A DNA stretch of 64,000 nucleotides from an uncultured Candidatus Saccharibacteria bacterium (GCA_964397435.1 CAYNHU010000006.1:344-64343); one strand, 5' to 3'; counted from the first letter of the stretch, positions 20,626 through 30,921 are shown. Translations and numbers: made by a program. Notes: generated by a model from the sequence alone, not told the origin.

Positions 20626-21822
20626 ATGGCAGAAGAATTTAATCGCGCAAAGCCTCACGTTAACGTTGGTACTATCGGCCACGTTGACCACGGCAAGACT
20701 ACTTTGACAGCGGCTATCCTCACTGTTCTTAACCGACAGGGTGGTGGTTACTCATCAAAGATGAAAGGTGTTGATCAGATCGACAACGCTCCAGAAGAAA
20801 AGGCACGTGGAATCACTATTGCCCTTTCACACAACGAGTACGAAACTCCTACTCGTCACTACGCTCACATTGATGCTCCAGGTCACGCTGACTACATCAA
20901 AAACATGATTACTGGTGCAGCTCAGATGGACGGTGCAATCCTCGTGGTTGCAGCAACTGATGGTGCTATGCCACAGACACGCGAACACATCCTCCTTGCA
21001 AAACAGGTTGGTGTGCCAAAGATTATCGTGTTCCTCAACAAGTGCGACATGGTTGATGATAAAGACATGATTGATCTCGTTGAAGAAGAAATCCGCGAAC
21101 TCCTTGCAAAACAGGGCTTCGACAAGGATTGTCCAGTTATCCGCGGTTCAGGCCTCAAGGCTCTCGAATCAGCAGACAACAATGATGAATGGGCTCAGAA
21201 AGTTCTCGAACTTGCGAACACTCTCGACTCATACATCCCAATGCCAGAACGTGATCTCGATAAGCCATTCTTGATGCCTATCGAAGACATCTTCTCAATT
21301 GAAGGTCGCGGTACAGTGGTTACTGGCCGTATCGAACGTGGCGTTGTTAAAGTTGGTGAAGATATCGAAATCATCGGTATCAAAGATACAGCTAAGACAA
21401 CTGTTACAGGTATTGAAATGTTCAACAAGAACCTCAAAGAAGGTATGGCTGGCGACAACGCTGGTATCCTCCTCCGTGGTGTTAAGAAAGAAGATCTTAC
21501 ACGTGGTCAGGTTCTTGCAAAACCAGCTTCAGTTACACCTCACGTTGATTTCGAAGCTGAAGTGTACATCTTGAAAAAGGAAGAAGGTGGTCGTCACACT
21601 CCATTCATCTCTGGTTACAAGCCTCAGTTCTACGTTCGTACAACTGACGTAACTGGTGAAGTAACTCTCCCAGCAGGTAAGGAAATGGTCATGCCTGGTG
21701 ATACAGTTACATTCAAAGTCAAGCTCGTAACTCCTGTTGCGCTTGAAGAAAAACAGCGTTTTGCTATCCGCGAAGGTGGTAAGACTGTCGGTGCTGGAGT
21801 TGTTACTAAGATCGTTGCGTAA
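20626..21822 (+). CDS. tuf: Elongation factor Tu
   Basis: [26 protein letters not shown]. Confidence 0.99.
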   Translation: MAEEFNRAKPHVNVGTIGHVDHGKTTLTAAILTVLNRQGGGYSSKMKGVDQIDNAPEEKARGITIALSHNEYETPTRHYAHIDAPGHADYIKNMITGAAQMDGAILVVAATDGAMPQTREHILLAKQVGVPKIIVFLNKCDMVDDKDMIDLVEEEIRELLAKQGFDKDCPVIRGSGLKALESADNNDEWAQKVLELANTLDSYIPMPERDLDKPFLMPIEDIFSIEGRGTVVTGRIERGVVKVGEDIEIIGIKDTAKTTVTGIEMFNKNLKEGMAGDNAGILLRGVKKEDLTRGQVLAKPASVTPHVDFEAEVYILKKEEGGRHTPFISGYKPQFYVRTTDVTGEVTLPAGKEMVMPGDTVTFKVKLVTPVALEEKQRFAIREGGKTVGAGVVTKIVA

Positions 21823-21884
21823 TCTGAGTTAGGGTGCGATGCCTATGGCATCGCACCCAACCCAGAAAACGCTTTCCTCCTATT

Positions 21885-22241
21885 ATGGCTACAGCGACAA
21901 AACCAAAAAAGACTGCCAAGAGTAAAGAGGAAGGTGTGGTGAAATTGCGCATCCGAGTCCGCGCTTATGAGAATAAAATTCTCGATGCATCTGTAAAACA
22001 GATCATGGACACAGCTGCTCGTTACGATGCAGTAGTCCTCGGCCCGATTCCGATGCCGACTGAAATTAAAAAATATACAGTCAATCGCTCATCATTCATC
22101 TACAAAAATACTCGCGAGCAGTTTGAAATTCGAATACACAAGCGTGTAATCGACATTGTTAATCCTAATCAAAAGACCATTGAAGCACTTACCAACCTCT
22201 CACTCCCATCAGGAGTCGATGTTGATGTGAAAATGCTCTAG
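21885..22241 (+). CDS. rpsJ: 30S ribosomal protein S10
   Basis: LRIRVRAYE, GPIPMPT, REQFEIRIHKR. Confidence 0.97.
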   Translation: MATATKPKKTAKSKEEGVVKLRIRVRAYENKILDASVKQIMDTAARYDAVVLGPIPMPTEIKKYTVNRSSFIYKNTREQFEIRIHKRVIDIVNPNQKTIEALTNLSLPSGVDVDVKML

Positions 22242-22268
22242 TAGCATATAGCAAAGTGCGAGAATCCC

Positions 22269-22883
22269 ATGAAATTTCTTATCGGTACAAAAGTGGAGAT
22301 GGTGCAGTACTTTACCGAAGACGGTAAAGTAGTCCCATCAACTGTTATCGCCACAGGACCTGCCACAGTTACACAGGTGAAGACGAAAGCAAAGGACGGC
22401 TACGATGCTATCCAAATCGGCTGGGGTGAACAGAAAAAAGAGCGCCAGACAAAACCTTTCTTGGGTCACGTCAAAGAGCTCGGTTCATTCCGATACGTCA
22501 AGGAATACCGTTCAAAAAACGGTCAGCTCCCTGAAGTAAAAGTCGGCGATGTTATTGAAATGTCACAGTTTCAAGCAGGTGACACAGTTCGTGTTACAGG
22601 CACATCAAAAGCAAAAGGTTTCCAAGGTGTTGTGAAGCGTCACGGCTTTGCCGGCGGTCCACGCACCCACGGTCAGAAACATTCTGAACGTGAACCAGGT
22701 TCTATCGGTGGCGGTCTCCGCACACGCGTTCCAAAAGGTATGCGTATGGCAGGACGCACTGGTGGTGACATTGTTACAGTTCAAAATCTTAAAATCGTTG
22801 ATGTCGATACAGCGAATAACCTCTTAGTGGTTAAAGGAGCAATTCCAGGACGCCGTGGTACGGTTGTCTCAATTGTCGGTTAA
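22269..22883 (+). CDS. rplC: 50S ribosomal protein L3
   Basis: SKAKGFQGVVKRHGF, operon position. Confidence 0.97.
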   Translation: MKFLIGTKVEMVQYFTEDGKVVPSTVIATGPATVTQVKTKAKDGYDAIQIGWGEQKKERQTKPFLGHVKELGSFRYVKEYRSKNGQLPEVKVGDVIEMSQFQAGDTVRVTGTSKAKGFQGVVKRHGFAGGPRTHGQKHSEREPGSIGGGLRTRVPKGMRMAGRTGGDIVTVQNLKIVDVDTANNLLVVKGAIPGRRGTVVSIVG

Positions 22884-22887
22884 TTCT

Positions 22888-23616
22888 ATGGCTACAAAAA
22901 CTACAGCAAAGAAGACTGTTGCAAAAAAGGAACCAAAAGTTTCTGCAGCAGCAACTGAAGCGAAGCTTTACAGCCTCGCCGGCAAGGAAGTAGGTACTGT
23001 TGATCTCCCAAAAGAAATCTTCGGTCTTACATTTAATTCTGACCTTGTCCACCAAGTGGTTACTTCAATGATGTCTAATGCCCGTGCTGGCACAGCTGAT
23101 ACCAAAGGTCGCGGAGAAGTTCGCGGCGGTGGTCGTAAGCCATGGAAGCAAAAGGGTACAGGACGCGCACGTCACGGTTCATCACGTTCTCCAATTTGGA
23201 AAGGTGGTGGCGTAACACACGGCCCACTCGCTGAAAAAAATTACAAGAAAAAAATCAACAAGAAGATGCGTGTCAAAGCTCTCTTTATGGTTCTTTCACA
23301 GAAACTTAAGGATGGTAACATTCTCTTCATTGATTCTCTTGAATTCAAAACAGCAAAAACAAAGGATGCTGCAAAAGCATTCGGAACACTTGCAAAAGTT
23401 TCAGGCTTCGAACGTTTGGCTGGCAAGAAGCGTACAGCACTCGTTGCTCTCCCAGAGAAAAACGATAGTACACTTCGCGCTATCAAAAACCTTCCTCAGC
23501 TCGAAACAGCATATGTTAAAGATTTGAATCCGGTCGAACTTTTGAGCAGTAAGTATCTTGTCATGACTGACACAAAGAAATCTTTCGATACACTTTTGTC
23601 ACGTCTTGCTAAATAA
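22888..23616 (+). CDS. rplD: 50S ribosomal protein L4
   Basis: KPWKQKGTGRARHGS. Confidence 0.97.
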   Translation: MATKTTAKKTVAKKEPKVSAAATEAKLYSLAGKEVGTVDLPKEIFGLTFNSDLVHQVVTSMMSNARAGTADTKGRGEVRGGGRKPWKQKGTGRARHGSSRSPIWKGGGVTHGPLAEKNYKKKINKKMRVKALFMVLSQKLKDGNILFIDSLEFKTAKTKDAAKAFGTLAKVSGFERLAGKKRTALVALPEKNDSTLRAIKNLPQLETAYVKDLNPVELLSSKYLVMTDTKKSFDTLLSRLAK

Positions 23617-23621
23617 GTTTT

Positions 23622-23963
23622 ATGGCAACAAAGAAAACAGCTGCGAAAGAAGTCGTACCAGCAACAAAATCAGCTTCTGTTCACACAGTCTTGAAAGAAG
23701 CAGCGATCGTTCGCCCTCGCATTACAGAAAAGGCAACACAAGTCGTTGAGGGCAATGTGTATACATTCAACATTGCTCCAAACGCAACAAAAACTGAAGT
23801 CAAAGAAGCTATCGTAAAACTTTATAAAGTTACTCCTCTCAAGGTTAACGTTGTAAAGATTCGCGCTCGCAAAGTCTTTGTCCGAGGTAAGCGCGGTGTA
23901 ACCGCAGGTGGTCGAAAAGCATACGTCTACCTCAAGAAAGGTGACAAAATTGAGTTAATGTAA
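23622..23963 (+). CDS. rplW: 50S ribosomal protein L23
   Basis: PRITEK, YTF, KAYVYL. Confidence 0.96.
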   Translation: MATKKTAAKEVVPATKSASVHTVLKEAAIVRPRITEKATQVVEGNVYTFNIAPNATKTEVKEAIVKLYKVTPLKVNVVKIRARKVFVRGKRGVTAGGRKAYVYLKKGDKIELM

Positions 23964-24814
23964 TGAAAACCTACAAACCTACAAGTGCTGCACGTCGTCA
24001 GCTTCAAACTGTAAACTACAAGGAGAAGCTCTCAGGCGCTGCTAAGCCACTCAAGTCATTGACGAAAGGTAGAAAGCGTTCAGTTGGACGCAACAACATG
24101 GGCCGCATTACTACTCGCCACAAAGGCGGTGGTAACAAGCGAGTCTATCGAGAAATTGATTTCTTGTATAACAAGAAAGAAATTCCTGCGAAGATTGCCT
24201 CTGTTGAATACGATCCAAACCGTACAGCATTCATTGCACTCGCAGTGTATGCCGATGGTGAAAAGCGCTACGTAGTTGCTTCAAAGACTACCAAAGTTGG
24301 TGACGAATTCATTGTGTCTGAAAAAGCTACATTGAAACCAGGTAACCGACTTCCACTCAAATACATCCCTGTTGGTATGTTTGTCTACAACGTTGAACTC
24401 AAACCAAATGGCGGCGCTAAGCTCGTTCGAGGCGCAGGTACATTTGCTCAAGTTGTTGCGAACGCCGACGGATACACAAACATCAAGATGCCTTCAAGTG
24501 AAGTTCGAAAAGTTTCTGAACTCTGCTGGGCTACAATTGGTGAAGTATCAAACGACGAGAACAAACTTCGAAACTTTGGTAAAGCTGGACGCTCACGATG
24601 GAAGGGTATTCGCCCAACTGTTCGTGGCTCAGTGATGAACCCTGTAGATCACCCGTATGGTGGTGGTGAAGGACGCCAAGGCCGCGGTATGCGCCGTCCG
24701 AAGACACTCTGGGGTAAAGTTACAGGAGGACGCAAAACACGTACTCCAAAGAAGTACTCAAACCTCTTTATTGTCTCACGACGCGTTACTGGCAAAAAAG
24801 GAAAACAAGCTTAA
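23963..24814 (+). CDS. rplB: 50S ribosomal protein L2
   Basis: EYDPNRTA, MNPVDHPYGGGEG. Confidence 0.98.
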   Translation: MKTYKPTSAARRQLQTVNYKEKLSGAAKPLKSLTKGRKRSVGRNNMGRITTRHKGGGNKRVYREIDFLYNKKEIPAKIASVEYDPNRTAFIALAVYADGEKRYVVASKTTKVGDEFIVSEKATLKPGNRLPLKYIPVGMFVYNVELKPNGGAKLVRGAGTFAQVVANADGYTNIKMPSSEVRKVSELCWATIGEVSNDENKLRNFGKAGRSRWKGIRPTVRGSVMNPVDHPYGGGEGRQGRGMRRPKTLWGKVTGGRKTRTPKKYSNLFIVSRRVTGKKGKQA

Positions 24815-24843
24815 AACAAAATACATCGAGAGAATGTATTTCA

Positions 24844-24871
24844 CAAAAACCCGCCTGCAAGCGGGTTTTTG
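24844..24871 (+). terminator. Terminator after rplB (same core as the ndk terminator)
   Basis: CAAAAACCCGC-CTGCAA-GCGGGTTTTTG. Confidence 0.85.
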
Positions 24872-24893
24872 TATTTTTTGATATACTCACACT

Positions 24894-25292
24894 ATGTTTG
24901 ATGAACCAGCAAAAGAGCTCGAAGCATTCAGCGTCGTAAAGCGAGGGAAAAGTTTTAAATACGCGTTACGCGGTATTGTCGTTCTTGTTCGCACGCAACA
25001 CAATATGTGGTTTCACATTCTCGCTGGTGTCGCGACAATCGCACTTGGTGTATATCTCGCGGTTACTCCGCTCGAATGGATTGCGCTTGTTATGGCTATC
25101 TCACTTGTTGTTATAACCGAAGCTATTAACACAGCAATTGAATTTGATATTGATCTTACCAGTCCCGAAGAACATCCGTTTGCTCGTGACACAAAAGACG
25201 TCGCTGCTGGTGCCGTCTTGCTTGCATCAATCGCTGCGTGTGCGATTGGTCTCATTATTTTTGTACCAAAGTTTGTTGCTCTATGCGCGTAG
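24894..25292 (+). CDS. dgkA: Diacylglycerol/undecaprenol kinase (DgkA family)
   Basis: SFKYALRGI, EAINTAIE, KDVAAGAVL. Confidence 0.9.
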   Translation: MFDEPAKELEAFSVVKRGKSFKYALRGIVVLVRTQHNMWFHILAGVATIALGVYLAVTPLEWIALVMAISLVVITEAINTAIEFDIDLTSPEEHPFARDTKDVAAGAVLLASIAACAIGLIIFVPKFVALCA

Positions 25293-25299
25293 AGTGTGT

Positions 25300-26100
25300 C
25301 TAAATTTCCGGAATCTCAACAACTTCAAGTTTAATTGAAGGACTAAACCATTCACGTGCAAGTTTTTCAAAGTGATCGGTTTTCTTACTGATCATAAATT
25401 CACGAGTCTGACGTTTTGTTAGTCGCTGCTCTATCTCAGTATGTCGCTTGAGATAGTCGGCGACTTTTTTGTTGATGAATTCATCTTGCGAAACAAGTTT
25501 AATGTTTGGACCAATGTATTCACGAATTTCTTTTTTGAGAATAGGGTAGTGCGTGCAGCCAAGTACAAGTGTATCAATCTTTTTTTCAAGTAATGGTTTC
25601 AAATATTCTTTAAGTACTGGTTTTACCAATTCCCATTCACCGTTTTCAATGAACGGAACGAGGAGCGGTGCAGCTTGTTGAAACACGCGAATGTGTGTAC
25701 TCGCTTTCTTGAATTTCTTTTCGTATGTTTTTGATTCAACCGTTGCTGTCGTTCCTAAAATACCGACACGATCAGCATTAAGTGATTCTTCGATTGCAGG
25801 GATGATAACACCAAGTACACGACGGTCGGGATAGTGAGCCGGCAGATATTCTTGCTGGATTCTGCGTAGTGCTTCTGCTGATGCAGTGTTACATGCAACA
25901 ATAATGAGGGCACAATCTTTTTGAAACAAAAGGGATACGCCATTTTTGAGAAATGAGTAAATGGCATCTTTGCTTTTGTCGCCATAGGGGAGGTGGATCG
26001 TATCACCGAGGTAGACATAATCGTATTCTGGTAAATGCGAAACAATACTTTTCATGGTGAAAAGTCCGCCAAGACCTGAATCGAAAATACCGATTTTCAT
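25300..26100 (-). CDS. murI: Glutamate racemase
   Basis: IGIFDSGLGG, PYG, ACNTAS, LGCTHY. Confidence 0.96.
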   Translation of the reverse strand: MKIGIFDSGLGGLFTMKSIVSHLPEYDYVYLGDTIHLPYGDKSKDAIYSFLKNGVSLLFQKDCALIIVACNTASAEALRRIQQEYLPAHYPDRRVLGVIIPAIEESLNADRVGILGTTATVESKTYEKKFKKASTHIRVFQQAAPLLVPFIENGEWELVKPVLKEYLKPLLEKKIDTLVLGCTHYPILKKEIREYIGPNIKLVSQDEFINKKVADYLKRHTEIEQRLTKRQTREFMISKKTDHFEKLAREWFSPSIKLEVVEIPEI

Positions 26101-26259
26101 ACCCACACTATATATGAAAATTTTCAAAAAAGCACTTTAGGAAGTAGAAGACTTATATAAAGTATTTACATCAAAGTAGGATATTTCGTTTGGCAGCTAG
26201 TTGTTGATTGATTGACATCTCGGGTTAAACATCGTAATGTGTTTTCAAATATACACAAC

Positions 26260-27006
26260 ATGAAAAAAAGATTAATTTCCGCTAAACCCTCTGATCGTAT
26301 AGTACTTGCCCTCGATAATATGCAGTCATACGATGACTTCAAAAAACTAGCAGAACAACTTGCCGGACAAATTGGCTGGTTTAAAGTTGGTTTTGAAACA
26401 CTTCTGCGTTTTGGTGCCGAAAATGCTATTGCTGTCGGTAAACATAATGGTATTCGTGTGTTTGCTGACGCTAAGCTTAAAGACATACCCAAAACAATGG
26501 AGCTTGCTTCTAAGGTTTTGGTTGATGCCGGTGCCTCGATGTTTAACATTCACGCTTCAAATACTGTTGAGGCAATTCAATCAGCAGCACATGCAAAAGG
26601 TGATGCGCTACTGCTTGGTGTAACAATACTTACTTCGTACGATGAACGTCAGTGCGCTGAAGTGTACGGTGCAACACCGCGTTTTAAAACACTGCACTTT
26701 GCTTCGCGCGTATGCGAGCATGGTGCTGATGGTGTGGTATGTTCATCGCAGGAATTGGTGGCACTTAACGAAAACCCGTCAACGGCAGATATTATTAAAG
26801 TTGTGCCTGGAATTCAGCCACTTTATATGAGTGCTAACGACCAGAGACGTGTAATGACACCGTTTGACGCTATTAAAGCAGGTGCTGATTTGCTGGTTAT
26901 CGGCCGTGCTATTACCGATGCACATAAGTATCCTAATGTGGGGACACCTGCATATGCGGCAGAAGTAATTAGTCAGGAGATAGAGCACGCCTTAATGGAA
27001 GTATAA
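26260..27006 (+). CDS. pyrF: Orotidine-5'-phosphate decarboxylase
   Basis: ALD, FKVG, DAKLKDIPKT, VTILTS, PGI, DQRR, VIGRAI; promoter TTGACA-17-TAATGT at 26212-26240. Confidence 0.95.
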   Translation: MKKRLISAKPSDRIVLALDNMQSYDDFKKLAEQLAGQIGWFKVGFETLLRFGAENAIAVGKHNGIRVFADAKLKDIPKTMELASKVLVDAGASMFNIHASNTVEAIQSAAHAKGDALLLGVTILTSYDERQCAEVYGATPRFKTLHFASRVCEHGADGVVCSSQELVALNENPSTADIIKVVPGIQPLYMSANDQRRVMTPFDAIKAGADLLVIGRAITDAHKYPNVGTPAYAAEVISQEIEHALMEV

Positions 27007-27031
27007 AAAGAAGATAGATAATACGTAAAAT

Positions 27032-27064
27032 GAGCGGACGCGCTAGCGCGTCCGCTCTCTTTTT
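27032..27064. terminator. Palindromic terminator between pyrF and pyrE
   Basis: GAGCGGACGCGCTAGCGCGTCCGCTC followed by a T-rich tract. Confidence 0.75.
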
Positions 27065-27156
27065 TATTTTAGGAAAGAAAAAAACCGAAGGGATTTGCAT
27101 CCCTCCGGCCACCTGTGAAAGCTCCCATTCCGTGAGAGTTTCTTTATAATTATTTT

Positions 27157-27855
27157 TTACGCGTGTTGTTGTTTGCGTGCATCGCTCCATGCCTGAGGAT
27201 CTTTATACCAGTCCTCCAGTAACGGTAATTGTCGTTCGGTTATATAACCTTCTATAACGGCTACCGGTAGCAATGTTTTGTAATCATTCAGCATATAGTA
27301 CAGACACGCAGCAGTTTTAAATACTTCATGCGCTTTTGGAAAACCATAGCTAAACAACGCTGCCAATCCCAACACCTCAACACCTTCGCTACGCAAAGCT
27401 TCTACCACTTTAAGAGAACTTCCGCCTGTTGGAATCAGGTCTTCAATCACAACCGCACGTTGGCCTTTTTTATATACGCCTTCGATTAGGTTGGTTAATC
27501 CATGTGCTTTTGGTGAGCTGCGCACGTACACAAACGGTAATTTAAAGTCTTGTGCTACCAGCATTCCATGGGGTATACCCGCGGTTGCTACACCGGCAAT
27601 AAGGTTTACCTGTGGAAATTTGGTTTTTATGAGATTTGCGAAACAAACCATGAGCATAGTTCGTAACTCATGGTCCCCGAGTGTTTTACGGTGTCCGCGT
27701 ATATCGGACTCAGTAACCCACTTACCCATGTAAATGGGTTTTCGGGTCGTAGGGTGATAATTTCCTGATCTAAATACACTGCTTGATATGCCGCGAGCGT
27801 TTTCAGGGTTAAATAAGCCAATTTCATGGTCGTTGAACGATGTTTGGGATTGCAT
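27157..27855 (-). pseudogene. pyrE: Orotate phosphoribosyltransferase with N-terminal segment displaced into another frame
   Basis: VATAGIPH, YVR...K.HG and VIEDLI.TGGS are in the long frame, but PENPFTW.SG..SPIY.D is in the frame of ORF 27627-27827. Confidence 0.75.
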
Positions 27856-27908
27856 AAAGCATGAATTTGTCCTTAATGTACAATTTATCCATATAAAGTC
27901 AATGTAAT

Positions 27909-27937
27909 TTGACACAAAGGCACTCTTCTGCTACTAT
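27909..27937 (+). promoter_or_regulatory. Sigma70 promoter of rpsS segment
   Basis: TTGACA-17 nt-(TG)TACTAT. Confidence 0.8.
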
Positions 27938-28106
27938 CATTGGCATCGGCTCTCTCTCAAGAGCCCTTTTCATTAGTCTACGTTCCAGTTTCCAGGAATG
28001 CTGAATAATGAGTTTTATTGTTAACTTGGGCAGCAAAACCATTACATTTGCAAGCCTTAATAACCGGATGGGAGGCTCGAACCTCATAACCATCCGACAT
28101 CACTAC

Positions 28107-28451
28107 ATGACACGATCACTCAAGAAAGGAATGTATGTCGATGAGCGCCTCCTCAAGAAGATCGAAGGAAAAGATCCTCAGAAAACAGGCGTCATCAAGA
28201 CATGGTCACGTGCATCACAAATCGCACCAGAAATGGTGGGGTTTATTTTCGGCGTTCACAACGGCAAAACACACGTTGAAGTTTTGGTCACCGAAGACAT
28301 GGTCGGACACAGACTCGGCGAATTCTCTTTGACTCGCAAGTTTACAAAACACGGCGGTAAAATGCAGAAAGAACTTGAAGCAAAGAAGAAGGAAGCAGAA
28401 GTCGCAGCAGCTCAGGCAGCAAAAGCCTCAACTACTGATAAGAAGAAATAA
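28107..28451 (+). CDS. rpsS: 30S ribosomal protein S19
   Basis: RSLKKG, KTWSR, VHNGK, GHRLGEF. Confidence 0.97.
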   Translation: MTRSLKKGMYVDERLLKKIEGKDPQKTGVIKTWSRASQIAPEMVGFIFGVHNGKTHVEVLVTEDMVGHRLGEFSLTRKFTKHGGKMQKELEAKKKEAEVAAAQAAKASTTDKKK

Positions 28452-28462
28452 GAGTCCATACT

Positions 28463-28900
28463 ATGAAAGCATTACTCTCAAATTACAGGCAAGCTCCTCG
28501 TAAGGTCCGATTGGCTGCAAAGTCACTCGTCGGAAAGAACGTTAAGGAAGCTCAAATGGAACTCCGCTTTATGGTTAAGCGCGCAGCTGCTCCTCTCGAG
28601 AAACTTCTCGCTTCAGCAGTAGCTAACGCAGTTAACCAGACAGGTGCTGATGTTAACAACCTTATCATCAAGGAACTCCGCGTTGATAAAGGTGTTGTGC
28701 TCCACCGCTCGATGCCACGTGCATTCGGACGAGCATCACGCATTCAGAAACGCTCAAGTCACATCACACTCGTCTTAGCAGAAAAGAACGCAGCAACTCC
28801 AAAGAAAGCAGCAAAGACTGAAAAGGCTCCAAAAGCAGCAAAGGAAACAAAAACAGCAAAACCAAAGGTCGCAAAGAAAAAGACAACTACTAAAAAATAA
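28463..28900 (+). CDS. rplV: 50S ribosomal protein L22 with Lys/Ala-rich tail
   Basis: APRKVRL, PRAFGRA, SHIT. Confidence 0.97.
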   Translation: MKALLSNYRQAPRKVRLAAKSLVGKNVKEAQMELRFMVKRAAAPLEKLLASAVANAVNQTGADVNNLIIKELRVDKGVVLHRSMPRAFGRASRIQKRSSHITLVLAEKNAATPKKAAKTEKAPKAAKETKTAKPKVAKKKTTTKK

Positions 28901-28914
28901 GTAGCACATCATAT

Positions 28915-29589
28915 ATGTCAAAAATTGTTCATCCATATGCACACCGTCTCGTCATGCTTCGCGACTGGAAGAGCCGCTGGTTTGCAGGAGATAAGAAATA
29001 TCAGGAAAACTTGAAGACGGATGTTCTCTTGCGAGAATTCCTCGACAAGAAACTCCGTGGTTTCTACGTTTCTTCAATTGAAATTGAACGAAACCAGAAA
29101 TCAACTCGAATCATTTTCCGCACATCACGCCCAGGTATGTTGATCGGCCGTTCAGGCGAAGGTACTCTCAAGCTCAAGAATGACATCTTGTCATTTGCAA
29201 AAGCAAAGAAACTCCGCATCGCTGAAGACGTCAAAATCGATATCGTAGAAGTTACTAACCCAGATGCAGATGCACGCATTGTTGCGTTCTCAGTTGCTGA
29301 AGGTTTGGAAAAGCGTATGCCATATCGTCGCGTTATGAAACAGACACTTGAAAAAGTTATGTCAGTTCGCGGCGTAGTAGGAGCACGTATCGTCATTGGC
29401 GGTCGTCTCGGCGGCGCAGAAATCGCACGTTCAGAAGAATTGAAGAAGGGTTCAATCCCACTTCAGACATTCCGTGCAGATATTGACTTTGCTCGTGAAC
29501 GCGCTCACTTGCCATACGGCGACATCGGTATCAAGGTCTGGATCAACCGAGGCATTGTATTTGCAGACGCTGAAAAGAAGAGCAAATAA
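28915..29589 (+). CDS. rpsC: 30S ribosomal protein S3
   Basis: RPGMLIG, GRLGGAEIAR, PLQTFRADID. Confidence 0.97.
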   Translation: MSKIVHPYAHRLVMLRDWKSRWFAGDKKYQENLKTDVLLREFLDKKLRGFYVSSIEIERNQKSTRIIFRTSRPGMLIGRSGEGTLKLKNDILSFAKAKKLRIAEDVKIDIVEVTNPDADARIVAFSVAEGLEKRMPYRRVMKQTLEKVMSVRGVVGARIVIGGRLGGAEIARSEELKKGSIPLQTFRADIDFARERAHLPYGDIGIKVWINRGIVFADAEKKSK

Positions 29590-29618
29590 TACGTAGCAAT
29601 TAATATCATTCCACGCAT

Positions 29619-30041
29619 ATGTTACTCCCTAAAAAAGTAAAGCACCGAAAGTGGCAGACTAATCGCAAAAGCGACGTCAAACTTTCAAAGCCTGATACTC
29701 GTGGTATCACGCTCGCGTTCGGTTCTTTCGGACTCAAGTCTGAAAGTCTCCACCGCGTAACATCGGCTCAGATTGAAGCAGCTCGTAAGGCAATGACTCG
29801 TCATCTTACAAAAGCTGGTAAGGTCTGGATCCGAATCTTCCCTGATCGACCAATTACTCGTAAGGCTGCAGAAGTCGGTATGGGTAAGGGTAAAGGTGAT
29901 CTCGATTCATACTGTTTCGAAGTTCGCCCAGGACGCATCATCTTTGAAGTAGACGGTGTTGATCCAGTAGTCGCTAAGGAAGCTCTCCGCAAGGCAGGTA
30001 CAAAACTTCCACTTAAAACTAAAGTAGTAAGTCGAGCATAA
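29619..30041 (+). CDS. rplP: 50S ribosomal protein L16
   Basis: QIEAAR, WIRIFPD, MGKGKG. Confidence 0.97.
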   Translation: MLLPKKVKHRKWQTNRKSDVKLSKPDTRGITLAFGSFGLKSESLHRVTSAQIEAARKAMTRHLTKAGKVWIRIFPDRPITRKAAEVGMGKGKGDLDSYCFEVRPGRIIFEVDGVDPVVAKEALRKAGTKLPLKTKVVSRA

Positions 30042-30042
30042 T

Positions 30043-30234
30043 ATGAAAACACAGAAAGCAAGTCTCAAAGACAAGTCAACTGAGGAACTCGTACAAATGC
30101 TTACGACTGAAATGGAAAAGGTTCGTACCCTCAAGTTTACATTCGGCATGACACGCCAAAAAGATGTCAAAGCAGGTCGTACTTCAAAGAAACTAATCGC
30201 GCAGGTGAAAACAGAACTTGCAGCACGCGCATAA
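30043..30234 (+). CDS. rpmC: 50S ribosomal protein L29
   Basis: Position, size, KKLIAQVKT. Confidence 0.85.
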   Translation: MKTQKASLKDKSTEELVQMLTTEMEKVRTLKFTFGMTRQKDVKAGRTSKKLIAQVKTELAARA

Positions 30235-30237
30235 TAT

Positions 30238-30519
30238 ATGAAAGCAACAACAAAGAAAACAGAAAAGACAGAAACAGCTGCTGCAAACGGTAAGCACCTC
30301 ACTGGTGTTATCGTATCAAACAAGATGCAGAAAACAGTTGTCGTCAAAGTTGATCGTTACATCAAGCACCCAAAGTACCAGAAGTACTACACTGTTTCAA
30401 AGAAGTACAAGGCGCATGATGAAGAAAACACGTACAAGATAGGTGATAAGGTCGAAATAATGGAGACACGCCCAATCTCTAAAGATAAAAAATTTACTGT
30501 AGTTGGTAAGATTGCATAA
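30238..30519 (+). CDS. rpsQ: 30S ribosomal protein S17
   Basis: [19 protein letters not shown]. Confidence 0.97.
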   Translation: MKATTKKTEKTETAAANGKHLTGVIVSNKMQKTVVVKVDRYIKHPKYQKYYTVSKKYKAHDEENTYKIGDKVEIMETRPISKDKKFTVVGKIA

Positions 30520-30545
30520 GTGCAACCTGCCACTCATTACATTGT

Positions 30546-30917
30546 ATGATTCAAGATGGAACAGTAGTAAAAATTACAGACAACGCCGGTGGTAAGGTCG
30601 GAAAGATCTTCAAGGTGTTGAATGGTTCAAAGCGTCGTTACGCTTCGATTGGTGATCTCGTCATTATTTCAATCAAAATCGCTGAACCTCGTAAAGCAGT
30701 TAAAAAGAAAGACGTTCACCGTGCAGTTGTTGTACGTCAGCGTGATGCATTCCGCCGCAAGGACGGTTCATACATCCGCTTCGATGACAATGCAGTGGTG
30801 ATTCTCGAAAAAGATAAGCCAGAACCAAAAGCAGGTCGTATCTTTGGCCCGATTCCTCGTGAAATCGGTGAGGCTGGTTACCAGAAAATAATCTCACTCG
30901 CACCAGAAGTGCTCTAA
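30546..30917 (+). CDS. rplN: 50S ribosomal protein L14
   Basis: RFDDNAVV, RIFGP, SLAPEVL. Confidence 0.97.
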   Translation: MIQDGTVVKITDNAGGKVGKIFKVLNGSKRRYASIGDLVIISIKIAEPRKAVKKKDVHRAVVVRQRDAFRRKDGSYIRFDDNAVVILEKDKPEPKAGRIFGPIPREIGEAGYQKIISLAPEVL

Positions 30918-30921
30918 TTCT

